A stretch of DNA of 64,000 bases from positions 6,816 through 70,815 of the forward strand of contig CAZMSH010000004.1 in assembly GCA_964568875.1 (NCBI GenBank), in the 5' to 3' direction. The translations under genes were made by a program, and so were the position numbers. This document shows positions 50,804 to 59,011 of this stretch, piece after piece; the stretch's first letter is position 1, and each line of letters begins with the position of its first letter. Origin of the DNA: an uncultured Rikenellaceae bacterium (lineage in GTDB: Bacteria; Bacteroidota; Bacteroidia; Bacteroidales; VadinHA17). The notes beneath the pieces are model-generated. The model was given only the letters and a program-made list of their open reading frames with translations, made no database searches and was not told the origin of the DNA.

Positions 50804-50828
50804 GCATGTAACAAATTTTGTTTCATGC
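50804..50828. promoter_or_regulatory. 25-nt near-palindrome GCATGTAACAAATTTTGTTTCATGC (operator or weak terminator)
   Basis: 10 of 11 arm positions pair. It contains the same TGTAAC half-site as the HcpR box, but with N7 spacing. Lies 6 nt after the hcpR stop and 80 nt before the DRTGG operon. Confidence 0.35.
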
Positions 50829-50907
50829 GGTTTCTCATAGGTAGATCGGTCATAAAACCCTAAATTAGCAGTGAGGATTTGTATTGCAGAAGACTATATA
50901 TAAAAAT

Positions 50908-51252
50908 ATGGTATTAAGTGAAGTAGCAAAGTTGTCAGGTGGCATTGTGATAACCTCTCATTCCAATACCGGAGTGGAGGTTGATTATGCCTTTGCCTCT
51001 GACCTGATGAGTGATGTTCTTACAACCGATATTCACAATCTGTTGCTTATTACAGGGTTGTCAAATCTTCAAACCATTCGTACGGCAGAGATGGCTGATA
51101 TATTCGGAATAGTCCTGGTAAGAGGAAAAAAGGCGACGGAAGAGATGAAGAGACTTGCCAACGAGCATGGTATCGTAATAATAGAAACAGAGTGGTCGAT
51201 GTTCAGGGTATGTGGTGCTCTTACTTCGGCAGGCCTCAAACCGGTTTTCTGA
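50908..51252 (+). CDS. DRTGG-domain protein 1
   Basis: 114 aa from the ATG at 50908 (the ORF-track TTG at 50884 is possible). YAFASDLMSDVL...LLITGLSN. Paralogous to the gene at 52976. Confidence 0.68.
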   Translation: MVLSEVAKLSGGIVITSHSNTGVEVDYAFASDLMSDVLTTDIHNLLLITGLSNLQTIRTAEMADIFGIVLVRGKKATEEMKRLANEHGIVIIETEWSMFRVCGALTSAGLKPVF

Positions 51253-51253
51253 G

Positions 51254-51664
51254 ATGGAGCTGACATACAGGGTAGAGGGGGGAGATTTTGCCGGTGCCGG
51301 CCACTCCTCGAGTGAGGTTAAGAAGGTGCTGAAACAGCTTAACATACCTCCGGAAATCATCAAGAGAATTGTTGTTGCTCTTTACGAAGCTGAGGTTAAC
51401 ATAGTTGCCCATGCCTGGCGCGGGGTTATCATGGTGGAGATTGACACCAGCGGTATAAAATGCATTCTGGAGGATGAGGGGCCGGGTATTCCGGAGATAG
51501 ACAAGGCGATGGAACCCGGATGGACTACGGCTTCGCAGGCTGTAAGGGAGATGGGCTTCGGAGCCGGCATGGGATTACCCAACATAAAAAAGAATACCGA
51601 CAGGCTTGAGATAACAAGTGAAGTAGGCGTTGGCACAAGGGTTGAATTTGAAGTATTGTTATAG
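51254..51664 (+). CDS. RsbW/SpoIIAB-like anti-sigma-type serine kinase (HATPase_c_2 fold)
   Basis: 136 aa from the ATG at 51254, 1 nt after the upstream stop. N-box EAEVNIVAHA, G1 EDEGPGIP, G2 GFGAGMGLPNI. Confidence 0.78.
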   Translation: MELTYRVEGGDFAGAGHSSSEVKKVLKQLNIPPEIIKRIVVALYEAEVNIVAHAWRGVIMVEIDTSGIKCILEDEGPGIPEIDKAMEPGWTTASQAVREMGFGAGMGLPNIKKNTDRLEITSEVGVGTRVEFEVLL

Positions 51665-51666
51665 AT

Positions 51667-52998
51667 ATGGCTAAAGGCGAGTTTTATCATGCCCTGAAGA
51701 TTGAAAGGGATAAATGCATAGGCTGTGTTCATTGCATAAGGGTATGCCCTACACAGGCACTAAGGGTCATTGGTGGTAAAGCCACGCTTTTCGGGAAGAG
51801 GTGTGTTGATTGTGGTGAGTGTCTCAGGGCTTGTCCTGTTAATGCAATTTCAGTCGCTGGTGATGATTTTGAAAAGATATTTGATTACAGAATCAGGATA
51901 GCAATTATTCCGGCGGTTATCTACGGGCAGTTCTCGAAAAAGCATTCGTATCAGAAAATAACAGAGTCATTAAAGAATATAGGGTTCACCCACATATATG
52001 AGGCTGAACGATCGATACCGGTAATAATCAGGAGGTTCAAGTCAATAATTGAGGGCGATGGTCAGCCTAAACCACTTATATCATCTTTTTGTCCTGCCAT
52101 AGTAAGGCTTATACAGGTGCGTTTCCCGTCTCTCACCGGCAATATTGCAGGGGTGAAACCTCCGGTTGACCTGACAGCAATCATGGTCAGGGAACAGTTG
52201 CGTAAAGTAGGATGGGCTGATGAAGAGGTGGGCATCTTTTATGTAACGCCGTGTGCTGCCAAGATAGCCGCTGTCAAGAGCCCGGTGGGAGAGGATATCT
52301 CATATGTTGACGGTGTTATCAATTTAAACAGCCTCTACAACAGGATGTATCCTGAGCTTAAGGCAATGGAGGATGTAAGGCAGAAAAAAAACAGGATGCT
52401 AAGGCCTGAAGAACTGTTGTGGAGCCTCACCAGGGGAGAGTCGGTTCATCAGTCAGGCAGGGTTCTGGCAGTTGATGGGATACAGAATGCCATTGACATA
52501 CTTGAGAAGATAGAAGATGATGAGGTGAGGAATCTTGATTTCCTTGAACTGAGGGCATGCGATGAAGGCTGTGCAGGTGGTGTTCTCAATGTGGAGAATC
52601 GCTTTCTGGCGGTGGAAAGACTTACCCGGAAGGCAAGGATTACAGCCGAGGAAGAGTACCATAAGGATAACTGGTCTGAACATGACTGGTTATTTCTGGA
52701 GAAGAAGTCGGGAATAGGAGAGATAAATCCCAGGTCTATTCTTTCCCTTGATGCAGACTTAAAGGCCGCTTTGGGTAAGATGGACCGTAAAAGAAAGATA
52801 CTCGATATACTTCCTCTGGTTGATTGCGGAGTGTGCGGGTCGCCCGATTGCGATACATTTGCCGAGGATATCATTCAGGGAAGGGCTACCCTGGATAAGT
52901 GTGTCTTTTTCAGCAGAGAAGGGATGGTTTCCACATGGACATCAGATAAGATTAAGGACATAAACAATATACCGGATGAAATTAAAGGAACTGATTGA
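51667..52998 (+). CDS. [FeFe]-hydrogenase H-domain-like protein, sensory type, with N-terminal 2x[4Fe-4S] ferredoxin and C-terminal Cx2Cx4Cx16C Fe-S domain
   Basis: 443 aa. CIGCVHCIRVCP and CVDCGECLRACP motifs. H-cluster signatures SSFCPAI, TPCAAKIAA and ELRACDEGCAGG. C-terminal DCGVCGSPDC...C. Confidence 0.8.
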   Translation: MAKGEFYHALKIERDKCIGCVHCIRVCPTQALRVIGGKATLFGKRCVDCGECLRACPVNAISVAGDDFEKIFDYRIRIAIIPAVIYGQFSKKHSYQKITESLKNIGFTHIYEAERSIPVIIRRFKSIIEGDGQPKPLISSFCPAIVRLIQVRFPSLTGNIAGVKPPVDLTAIMVREQLRKVGWADEEVGIFYVTPCAAKIAAVKSPVGEDISYVDGVINLNSLYNRMYPELKAMEDVRQKKNRMLRPEELLWSLTRGESVHQSGRVLAVDGIQNAIDILEKIEDDEVRNLDFLELRACDEGCAGGVLNVENRFLAVERLTRKARITAEEEYHKDNWSEHDWLFLEKKSGIGEINPRSILSLDADLKAALGKMDRKRKILDILPLVDCGVCGSPDCDTFAEDIIQGRATLDKCVFFSREGMVSTWTSDKIKDINNIPDEIKGTD

Positions 52999-53311
52999 AA
53001 GTGCCGGCCTTGAAATAATTACAGGCGGAACAGGGCTTGACAGGGACGTAACAGGTGGTTATACATCTGATCTGCTTAGTGATGTGATGGGTAACTCACG
53101 CGAGGGCCAGGTATGGATCACAATGCAGACACATATGAATGTTATTGCTGTTGCAACTCTCAAGGAGCATGCAGCAGTGATATTTGTCTCTGGCAACAGA
53201 CCGGCTGCTGATGTGGCAGAGAAGGCAGTTGCCGAGGATTTGACACTGCTTGCCACAAACGATGAGGCCTTTACCATATCGGGCAAGATATATTCACTAT
53301 TAGGGAAATAA
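52976..53311 (+). CDS. DRTGG-domain protein 2
   Basis: 111 aa containing the literal DRDVTGG followed by YTSDLLSDVM. The start overlaps the upstream gene by 23 nt in another frame. Confidence 0.75.
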   Translation: MKLKELIESAGLEIITGGTGLDRDVTGGYTSDLLSDVMGNSREGQVWITMQTHMNVIAVATLKEHAAVIFVSGNRPAADVAEKAVAEDLTLLATNDEAFTISGKIYSLLGK

Positions 53312-53314
53312 GTT

Positions 53315-54052
53315 ATGAGAGTATACCGGGCCGACCTGCATACGCATACCGTTTTGTCTCCTTGCGGTGATCTGGAGATGAGTGCCCGGAATATTATAGA
53401 TGCTGCTCACGCCAAAGAGATTGATATCCTTGGAATAACTGACCATAACTCCACCCTTAACTCTCAGATGATAAAGGAAATGGGTGAGGATGAGGGTTTG
53501 TTGGTATTGACAGGAGCTGAGGTTACCACAAGGGAAGAGATTCACTGTTTATGTTTTCTCGAGAACCGTGATGAGCTTGAAGAGTTCCAGGCATGGATCG
53601 AAGACAATATCACACGTATACCCAATTCACCTCAGAGATTTGGTTATCAGGTCGTAGTAGACAGTGAAGATAACATTATCGATGAGGTGGAGTATCTTCT
53701 GATAATGTCACTTTCAAAAACGATAGATGAGGTTGAGAGGAAAGTTCATGAATTAAACGGATTGTTTATCCCTGCCCATGTAGACAGATCTGTAAACAGT
53801 ATTCTGAGTCAGCTGGGTTTTTTCCCACCCGGCTTGAAGTATGATGCTGTTGAGGTTACCCCATACACTGAATTTGAGACTTTAAGCAAGAATCACCCTG
53901 TAATTGGTAATCTCCCGTACATAAGAAGTTCTGATTCTCACTTCCTGCATAATGTTGGCAAGGTAAGTACCGGTTTATTGCTGAACGAATTGTCATTTTC
54001 TGAGATAAGAATGGCACTTGCCGGGGAAGGAGGAAGAAAGGTCGTGCACTGA
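53315..54052 (+). CDS. PHP-domain metal-dependent phosphoesterase
   Basis: 245 aa. DLHTHTVLSPCG, ITDHNS, PAHVDR and SSDSH metal-ligand motifs. Confidence 0.85.
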   Translation: MRVYRADLHTHTVLSPCGDLEMSARNIIDAAHAKEIDILGITDHNSTLNSQMIKEMGEDEGLLVLTGAEVTTREEIHCLCFLENRDELEEFQAWIEDNITRIPNSPQRFGYQVVVDSEDNIIDEVEYLLIMSLSKTIDEVERKVHELNGLFIPAHVDRSVNSILSQLGFFPPGLKYDAVEVTPYTEFETLSKNHPVIGNLPYIRSSDSHFLHNVGKVSTGLLLNELSFSEIRMALAGEGGRKVVH

Positions 54053-54603
54053 TGAAAACAATTACCGACCATATTGTTGACATTATGCAAAACTCTACCA
54101 GGGCAGGCGCTACTGAAGTAAGACTATCTGTCAGTATAGACCCTGAATCGGGGTATATCTCTTTTGAGGTTGCTGATAATGGCAGGGGAATTCCAAATGA
54201 TATTATAGACCGGGTTGCTGATCCGTTCACCACCTCAAGGAAGACAAGAAAGGTTGGTTTGGGCCTTCCGTTGCTAAGACAGCATGCTTCGATGTCAGGA
54301 GGCAGTCTTGAGATAAAATCGGAAGAGGGAGCCGGTACAATTGTAAAAGCGGTATTTGGTTACGAAAGCATTGACCGTCAGCCTCTTGGTGGTTTAGGTG
54401 AGGCTGTCGCCCTCTTCATAACAGGAAATCCCGGTGTAAACCTTATCTTCAGCTACTCTTCCCCTGCGGGGAGCTATGCGGTCTCTTCAGTGGAGATATC
54501 AGAAAGTCTTGATGGCGATGATCTGGGCAGACCTGTCTGGTTTGCAGTTATCAGGGAGATGATTAATGATAATCTTATAGAACTGGGGTCAGGAAACGTT
54601 TGA
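54052..54603 (+). CDS. stand-alone GHKL (histidine-kinase-like) ATPase without DHp domain
   Basis: 183 aa. N-box MQNSTRAGA, G1 ADNGRGIP, G2 GLGLPLL. The start ATG shares one base with the upstream TGA (ctgATGa). Confidence 0.75.
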   Translation: MKTITDHIVDIMQNSTRAGATEVRLSVSIDPESGYISFEVADNGRGIPNDIIDRVADPFTTSRKTRKVGLGLPLLRQHASMSGGSLEIKSEEGAGTIVKAVFGYESIDRQPLGGLGEAVALFITGNPGVNLIFSYSSPAGSYAVSSVEISESLDGDDLGRPVWFAVIREMINDNLIELGSGNV

Positions 54604-54620
54604 TTTGCAGTCTGTAAAGA

Positions 54621-56705
54621 CTAATCCTGATCCGTTATTGATGATGGAAGTATAATTGTGAAACAGGTACCATCACCGGGCTTGCTTTCCAGTTCAATCC
54701 TGCCCTTGTTGACCTTAACAAGTTCTCCTACCAGCTTGAGACCAAATCCGGTACCCTTTTCATTTTCTGTGCCGGGTGTACTCTCAATATCTCCTGGTGA
54801 GAAGAGAATCGCCTGTCTTTCAGGAGGTATACCTATACCATTATCGCATATCTTTATCATAACCTCACTTTCCGGTTTGGGCTTTTCCTTAAGCAGTATA
54901 CTTATCCTCCCTCCCTTGCGGGTGTATTTTATTGCATTTGACAGCAGATTCCTGATAATAATATCAATGAGCTCCTTGTCTACCCAGGCTTTGGTTCCTC
55001 CAATCTGCGTAAAATTGACGGCTATACTCTTTCTGTCTGCATTATCCTTGTAAATACTCATATTGGTAAGGATAATACCGGCAAGGTCGTGCAGTTCCGG
55101 TGCATATCTTATATGGTCCTCCTGCCCCCTTCCCCATACCAGCATGTTTTCAAGCAGGTTGATAACCATCTGTGAATAGTTGATGCACGAACCTGCAAGT
55201 GATTCATATTTGTCGCGGTATTCATCTTCTTTCAACAGGTTAAGTATATACTGGATGTTTACAACAGGGCTCCTCAGATCATGTGCGATCACCGAGAATA
55301 TTTTGTTTTTAAGCTGAATTGTTTCGGTGAGGTTTTTGTTTTGTTCCTCTATCTGCCTGCTGTATTCGACAGCCTTGTTCTTGGTTCTGGTGAGTTCCCT
55401 CGTTCGCGAGTGGATCATCGATTCAAGATCTCTGTTGAGCTGTTCGAGGTTGTTCTTGAGTCTCTCCTTTTCGCGGAATGAGCTTACCCACTGATATATC
55501 AGAAGGCCTGACTGTATGCACACAAAAATAATTATTGATTCTGACAGGATATATCCTCCCTGACCGGTTACGTTCACAATAGCCAGCACAATATCATGAA
55601 TAGCGGCTGACACAATCAGCAGGAAGCCTCCGAAATAGATGGCATCGGGTAACTGACGGTTTTTTATGAATCTTATAGCGCTGCTTGTCAGAGAGTTAAT
55701 TGCGAATAACACCACAAAGATGTATACTGGGAATGTGAAATATGAAAAACTCTTCACCGGGAGAACAACTGTTGCTGCTGTCAGCGATATGAAGAATACG
55801 ACAGAGACATTGGCAAAAACTTTGTGAAACTGGTATTTATAGATCTCACTCAGGAACAGGAATGCTCCTGTGACCATAATATAAAGGCTCAGATATTCAA
55901 ATCTCACTGTCCATTCCCATGACATATCAACAACTGTATATATCAGAAACTGGTTTGTGAAAAGAGGTCTGAGGCCCATTCCCAGGAGCGTGACTGCAAA
56001 ATAGAGAGATGTTTTGTCTTCGCGGTATAGCAAAAAGAAAAATGCAAAGAAGAGAGTAAAGGCTGCAAGTATGCTTACTGTAGCAATTGACCCGCCATAT
56101 TGCAATGAAGCCACTGATTGAATGTGGCTGAATGAACCAAATTCCACCGGGAGCCAGAAACCGCCTCTTCGGTGATGGAAGTTGGATACGTTGAGAATAA
56201 TTTCAATGGTATCTTTTTCTGGAACAAACCTCATGATTGTAGGTTCGTATGCCGGCACAGTAGTCTCCTCTGAAACTCCCGGCACTCCGTTGCCTGCTGT
56301 GAATTTTCCGTCAACATACAGGTCGTAGGATGAATCAAAGACCTTTAGCATCAGGCCAAGCGCCGGAAGATCGGTCTTAGGAAGAACTATTCTGAGTCTG
56401 TATGTTGCATAGCCATCACCTGTTGTTTTGATTCCCGGGAGGTCAGCGTCGGTCCAGTATGAGGGAACTTTGATATAACCGTCAGGTCTGGGTGATGTGT
56501 GACCTGAAAAGTTATGAGGCCTCAGGAGTTTGTTCCAGTAGAACTCCCATTCGCCGTTAAGGCTTATTCTGTACTTTTCAGTTATGGTTTCGCCGCTCAG
56601 ATCGAGGATTCCCTTAACGGGTTGAGGTACTGATTCTGATGAAAACACTGAAAGGCTGATGATAAAGCTCAGCAGTACCGGTGAAATCAGTTTAACAATC
56701 TTCAT
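54621..56705 (-). CDS. 7TMR-DISM sensor histidine kinase
   Basis: About 694 aa from the ATG at 56705. Signal peptide, extracellular LDLSG...W.FYWN (7TMR-DISMED2-like) domain, 7 TM helices, coiled coil. H-box FSVIAHDLRSP, N-box NLLSNAIKYT, G1 DNGIGIP, G2 GTGFGL. Confidence 0.85.
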   Translation of the reverse strand: MKIVKLISPVLLSFIISLSVFSSESVPQPVKGILDLSGETITEKYRISLNGEWEFYWNKLLRPHNFSGHTSPRPDGYIKVPSYWTDADLPGIKTTGDGYATYRLRIVLPKTDLPALGLMLKVFDSSYDLYVDGKFTAGNGVPGVSEETTVPAYEPTIMRFVPEKDTIEIILNVSNFHHRRGGFWLPVEFGSFSHIQSVASLQYGGSIATVSILAAFTLFFAFFFLLYREDKTSLYFAVTLLGMGLRPLFTNQFLIYTVVDMSWEWTVRFEYLSLYIMVTGAFLFLSEIYKYQFHKVFANVSVVFFISLTAATVVLPVKSFSYFTFPVYIFVVLFAINSLTSSAIRFIKNRQLPDAIYFGGFLLIVSAAIHDIVLAIVNVTGQGGYILSESIIIFVCIQSGLLIYQWVSSFREKERLKNNLEQLNRDLESMIHSRTRELTRTKNKAVEYSRQIEEQNKNLTETIQLKNKIFSVIAHDLRSPVVNIQYILNLLKEDEYRDKYESLAGSCINYSQMVINLLENMLVWGRGQEDHIRYAPELHDLAGIILTNMSIYKDNADRKSIAVNFTQIGGTKAWVDKELIDIIIRNLLSNAIKYTRKGGRISILLKEKPKPESEVMIKICDNGIGIPPERQAILFSPGDIESTPGTENEKGTGFGLKLVGELVKVNKGRIELESKPGDGTCFTIILPSSITDQD

Positions 56706-56814
56706 TAATGGAGAAGGTTTGCGGAAAAATAGAAATAAATGCCGATAATAAAAACTCCCGCTAAAGTTTGTTATCAACCGTTGCGGGAGTTTTATTAATA
56801 AGCATATAGACTGT

Positions 56815-58920
56815 TTATTCAATCAGTCCTTTGTTCTTAAGGAGGGCTTCAATTCCGGGCTCTTTACCCCTGAAGTTTATGTACAGCTCTCTTGCTTCTG
56901 CACTACCTCCCTTTGAAAGTATTTCTCTTTCAAACGCTGCTGCGATCTCTTTATTGAAGATATCACCGGTTTCGCGGAAGGCCTGAAATGCGTCAGCATC
57001 AAGCTGTTCACTCCAGTAGTAGCTGTAATAACCTGATGAATATCCCCCTGAGAAGATGTGGCTGAAATATGTTGATCTGTAACGTGGAATTATTTCATCT
57101 ATCAGACCATACTTTTTCATTGCATTTGCTTCAAATTCCTGGGCATCAATTTCGACAGGGATCCTGAGCGCGTGATACTCCATATCAAGGAGTGCTGCTG
57201 CCACGAACTCCGTTGTTACGAAACCCGTGTTGAACTTACCTGCCCGGTCAAGCTTGTCAATTAGTTCCTGGGGCAGAAGTTCTCCTGTCTGATAATGTTT
57301 TGCATATACTTTAAGTACTTCCGGCTCAAGAACCCAGTGTTCCATTATCTGTGAAGGCAGTTCTACGAAGTCCCGTGGTACTGATGTTCCTGATATACTG
57401 GGGAATGTCATATTAGATAACAACTGGTGGAGGGCATGGCCGAATTCATGAAACAAGGTACTTGCTTCATCGGCTGTCAGCAGTGATGGTTTATCGCCGG
57501 CTGGTGGTGTGAAATTACACAGAATTGATACGATAGGGGTTACCATATTACCCGAGGTATCTCTTTTCTGGCTCCTGAAGGTGCTGCATGATGCTCCTCC
57601 TGTCTTACTTGCCCGGGGAAAGTTGTCGAGGTAAAGAATACCGATATGATCTCCTCTGCGTGTGACTTCATATACCCTTGCTTCAGGATGGTATGTAGGC
57701 AGATCGGTCCTTTCCTTAAACTCGAGGTCGTACAGCCGGTTAGCAACATAGAACATGCCGCTGGTTACATTGTCAATTTCAAAGTAGGGTCTGAGTTGCT
57801 CATCGTCAAGGTCATACTTCTCCTTCTTTATCTTCTCGGTATAATACCACCAGTCCCAGGGCTGAAGAACAAAGTCTCCACCTTCTCTCTTTATCATATC
57901 ATTCTGGGCTTTGGCTTCAGCTTTTGCTACAGGTATTGCAGCGTCCCAGACCTGAACGAGAAAGTCGAAAACTGTCTCAGGATTGGCGGCCATGTTGTTT
58001 TCAAGTACAAATGCAGCGTGACTGTCATAGCCCAGAAGATTTGCCCTTTGGACCCTCAGGCGGGCAATGTCGGCTACAATGTTGTTATTGTCAAATTCAT
58101 TGCCGTTATTACCTCTTGCCTCATAAGCCTTGAATATCTTTTCCCTCAGATCACGCTTTTCAGAATACTGGAGGAAGGGCCATATGCTCGGGGCGTGAAG
58201 GGTAAAAATCCATTTCCCATCCATGCCTGCATTCTTTGCTGCAGTTGATGCCTGATTTATCAGGTTTGCCGGTAATCCTGCCAGATCGGCCTCTTCTTCA
58301 ATAACCAGACTGAAGTTATTGGTTTCGGCAAGAACATTCTGCCCGAATTTTAAGGAGAGCATTGAGAGTTCCTCGTTAACTTTTCTCAGCTTTTCCTTGT
58401 CTTCTTCTGAGAGAGCTGCACCACTACGGATGAAGTTCCTGTGCCTCAGTTCAAGAATCCTCTTCTCTTCAGCATTAAGGTTAAACTTATCCTGGTTATC
58501 ATATACGCTTTTAATCCTCTCAAACAGCTTCTCATTCAGGTTGATATCGTCGCTATGTTTACTTTGCAGGGGTGAAAGTTCACGACTTATTGCCTGTAGC
58601 TCGTCACTTGTAATTGCAGAGTTGAGCCTGTAAAATACAGGCCTTACTTTGTTAAGGATTCCACCACTGTATTCAAGTGGCAGAATGGTATTTTCAAAGG
58701 TTGGCTCCTCGGAATTATTAACTATAGCTTCGACCTCTTTCATCTGTTCCTCAAAACCTTTGATGAAAGCAGGCATATAATGCTCTGTTTTTATCTGATC
58801 AAAGGGAGGAATGCCAAATGGGGTTTTCCATTCGGCCAGGAAAGGATTCTCAGGCTCTTTCTCTTTGCAGGCCGTCATGCCTGCCAGAATCGCAAATAAC
58901 ATTATAATGATTTTTTTCAT
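56815..58920 (-). CDS. dcp: M3 family peptidyl-dipeptidase
   Basis: About 701 aa from the ATG at 58920. Lipoprotein-type signal (AGMTAC) and the zinc motif HEFGHALH. Confidence 0.88.
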   Translation of the reverse strand: MKKIIIMLFAILAGMTACKEKEPENPFLAEWKTPFGIPPFDQIKTEHYMPAFIKGFEEQMKEVEAIVNNSEEPTFENTILPLEYSGGILNKVRPVFYRLNSAITSDELQAISRELSPLQSKHSDDINLNEKLFERIKSVYDNQDKFNLNAEEKRILELRHRNFIRSGAALSEEDKEKLRKVNEELSMLSLKFGQNVLAETNNFSLVIEEEADLAGLPANLINQASTAAKNAGMDGKWIFTLHAPSIWPFLQYSEKRDLREKIFKAYEARGNNGNEFDNNNIVADIARLRVQRANLLGYDSHAAFVLENNMAANPETVFDFLVQVWDAAIPVAKAEAKAQNDMIKREGGDFVLQPWDWWYYTEKIKKEKYDLDDEQLRPYFEIDNVTSGMFYVANRLYDLEFKERTDLPTYHPEARVYEVTRRGDHIGILYLDNFPRASKTGGASCSTFRSQKRDTSGNMVTPIVSILCNFTPPAGDKPSLLTADEASTLFHEFGHALHQLLSNMTFPSISGTSVPRDFVELPSQIMEHWVLEPEVLKVYAKHYQTGELLPQELIDKLDRAGKFNTGFVTTEFVAAALLDMEYHALRIPVEIDAQEFEANAMKKYGLIDEIIPRYRSTYFSHIFSGGYSSGYYSYYWSEQLDADAFQAFRETGDIFNKEIAAAFEREILSKGGSAEARELYINFRGKEPGIEALLKNKGLIE

Positions 58921-59011
58921 AATGAATAGATTTGGTTTATTGAAATGCTTGTTGACCTGCAAGTTAATAATAATAAATGCATGCCACAAGCAGAGTTGTT
59001 GAATATTCTCA

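Noticed and set aside
51667-52998. Calling this gene a catalytic [FeFe] hydrogenase (hydA).
   Set aside because: The proton-transfer Cys, the relay Glu and both pocket Met are substituted, and GGGQP is lost. No electron-transfer partner subunits or maturases are adjacent. It is embedded among kinase and phosphoesterase genes.
56706-56822. Apparent gene overlaps (kinase with Dcp at 56815-56822; Dcp with carboxyltransferase at 59012-59025) suggested by the ORF-track coordinates.
   Set aside because: These are artefacts of N-terminal extension. Internal ATGs at 56705, 58920 and 60757 are followed by signal peptides or conserved N-termini, and they remove the overlaps.
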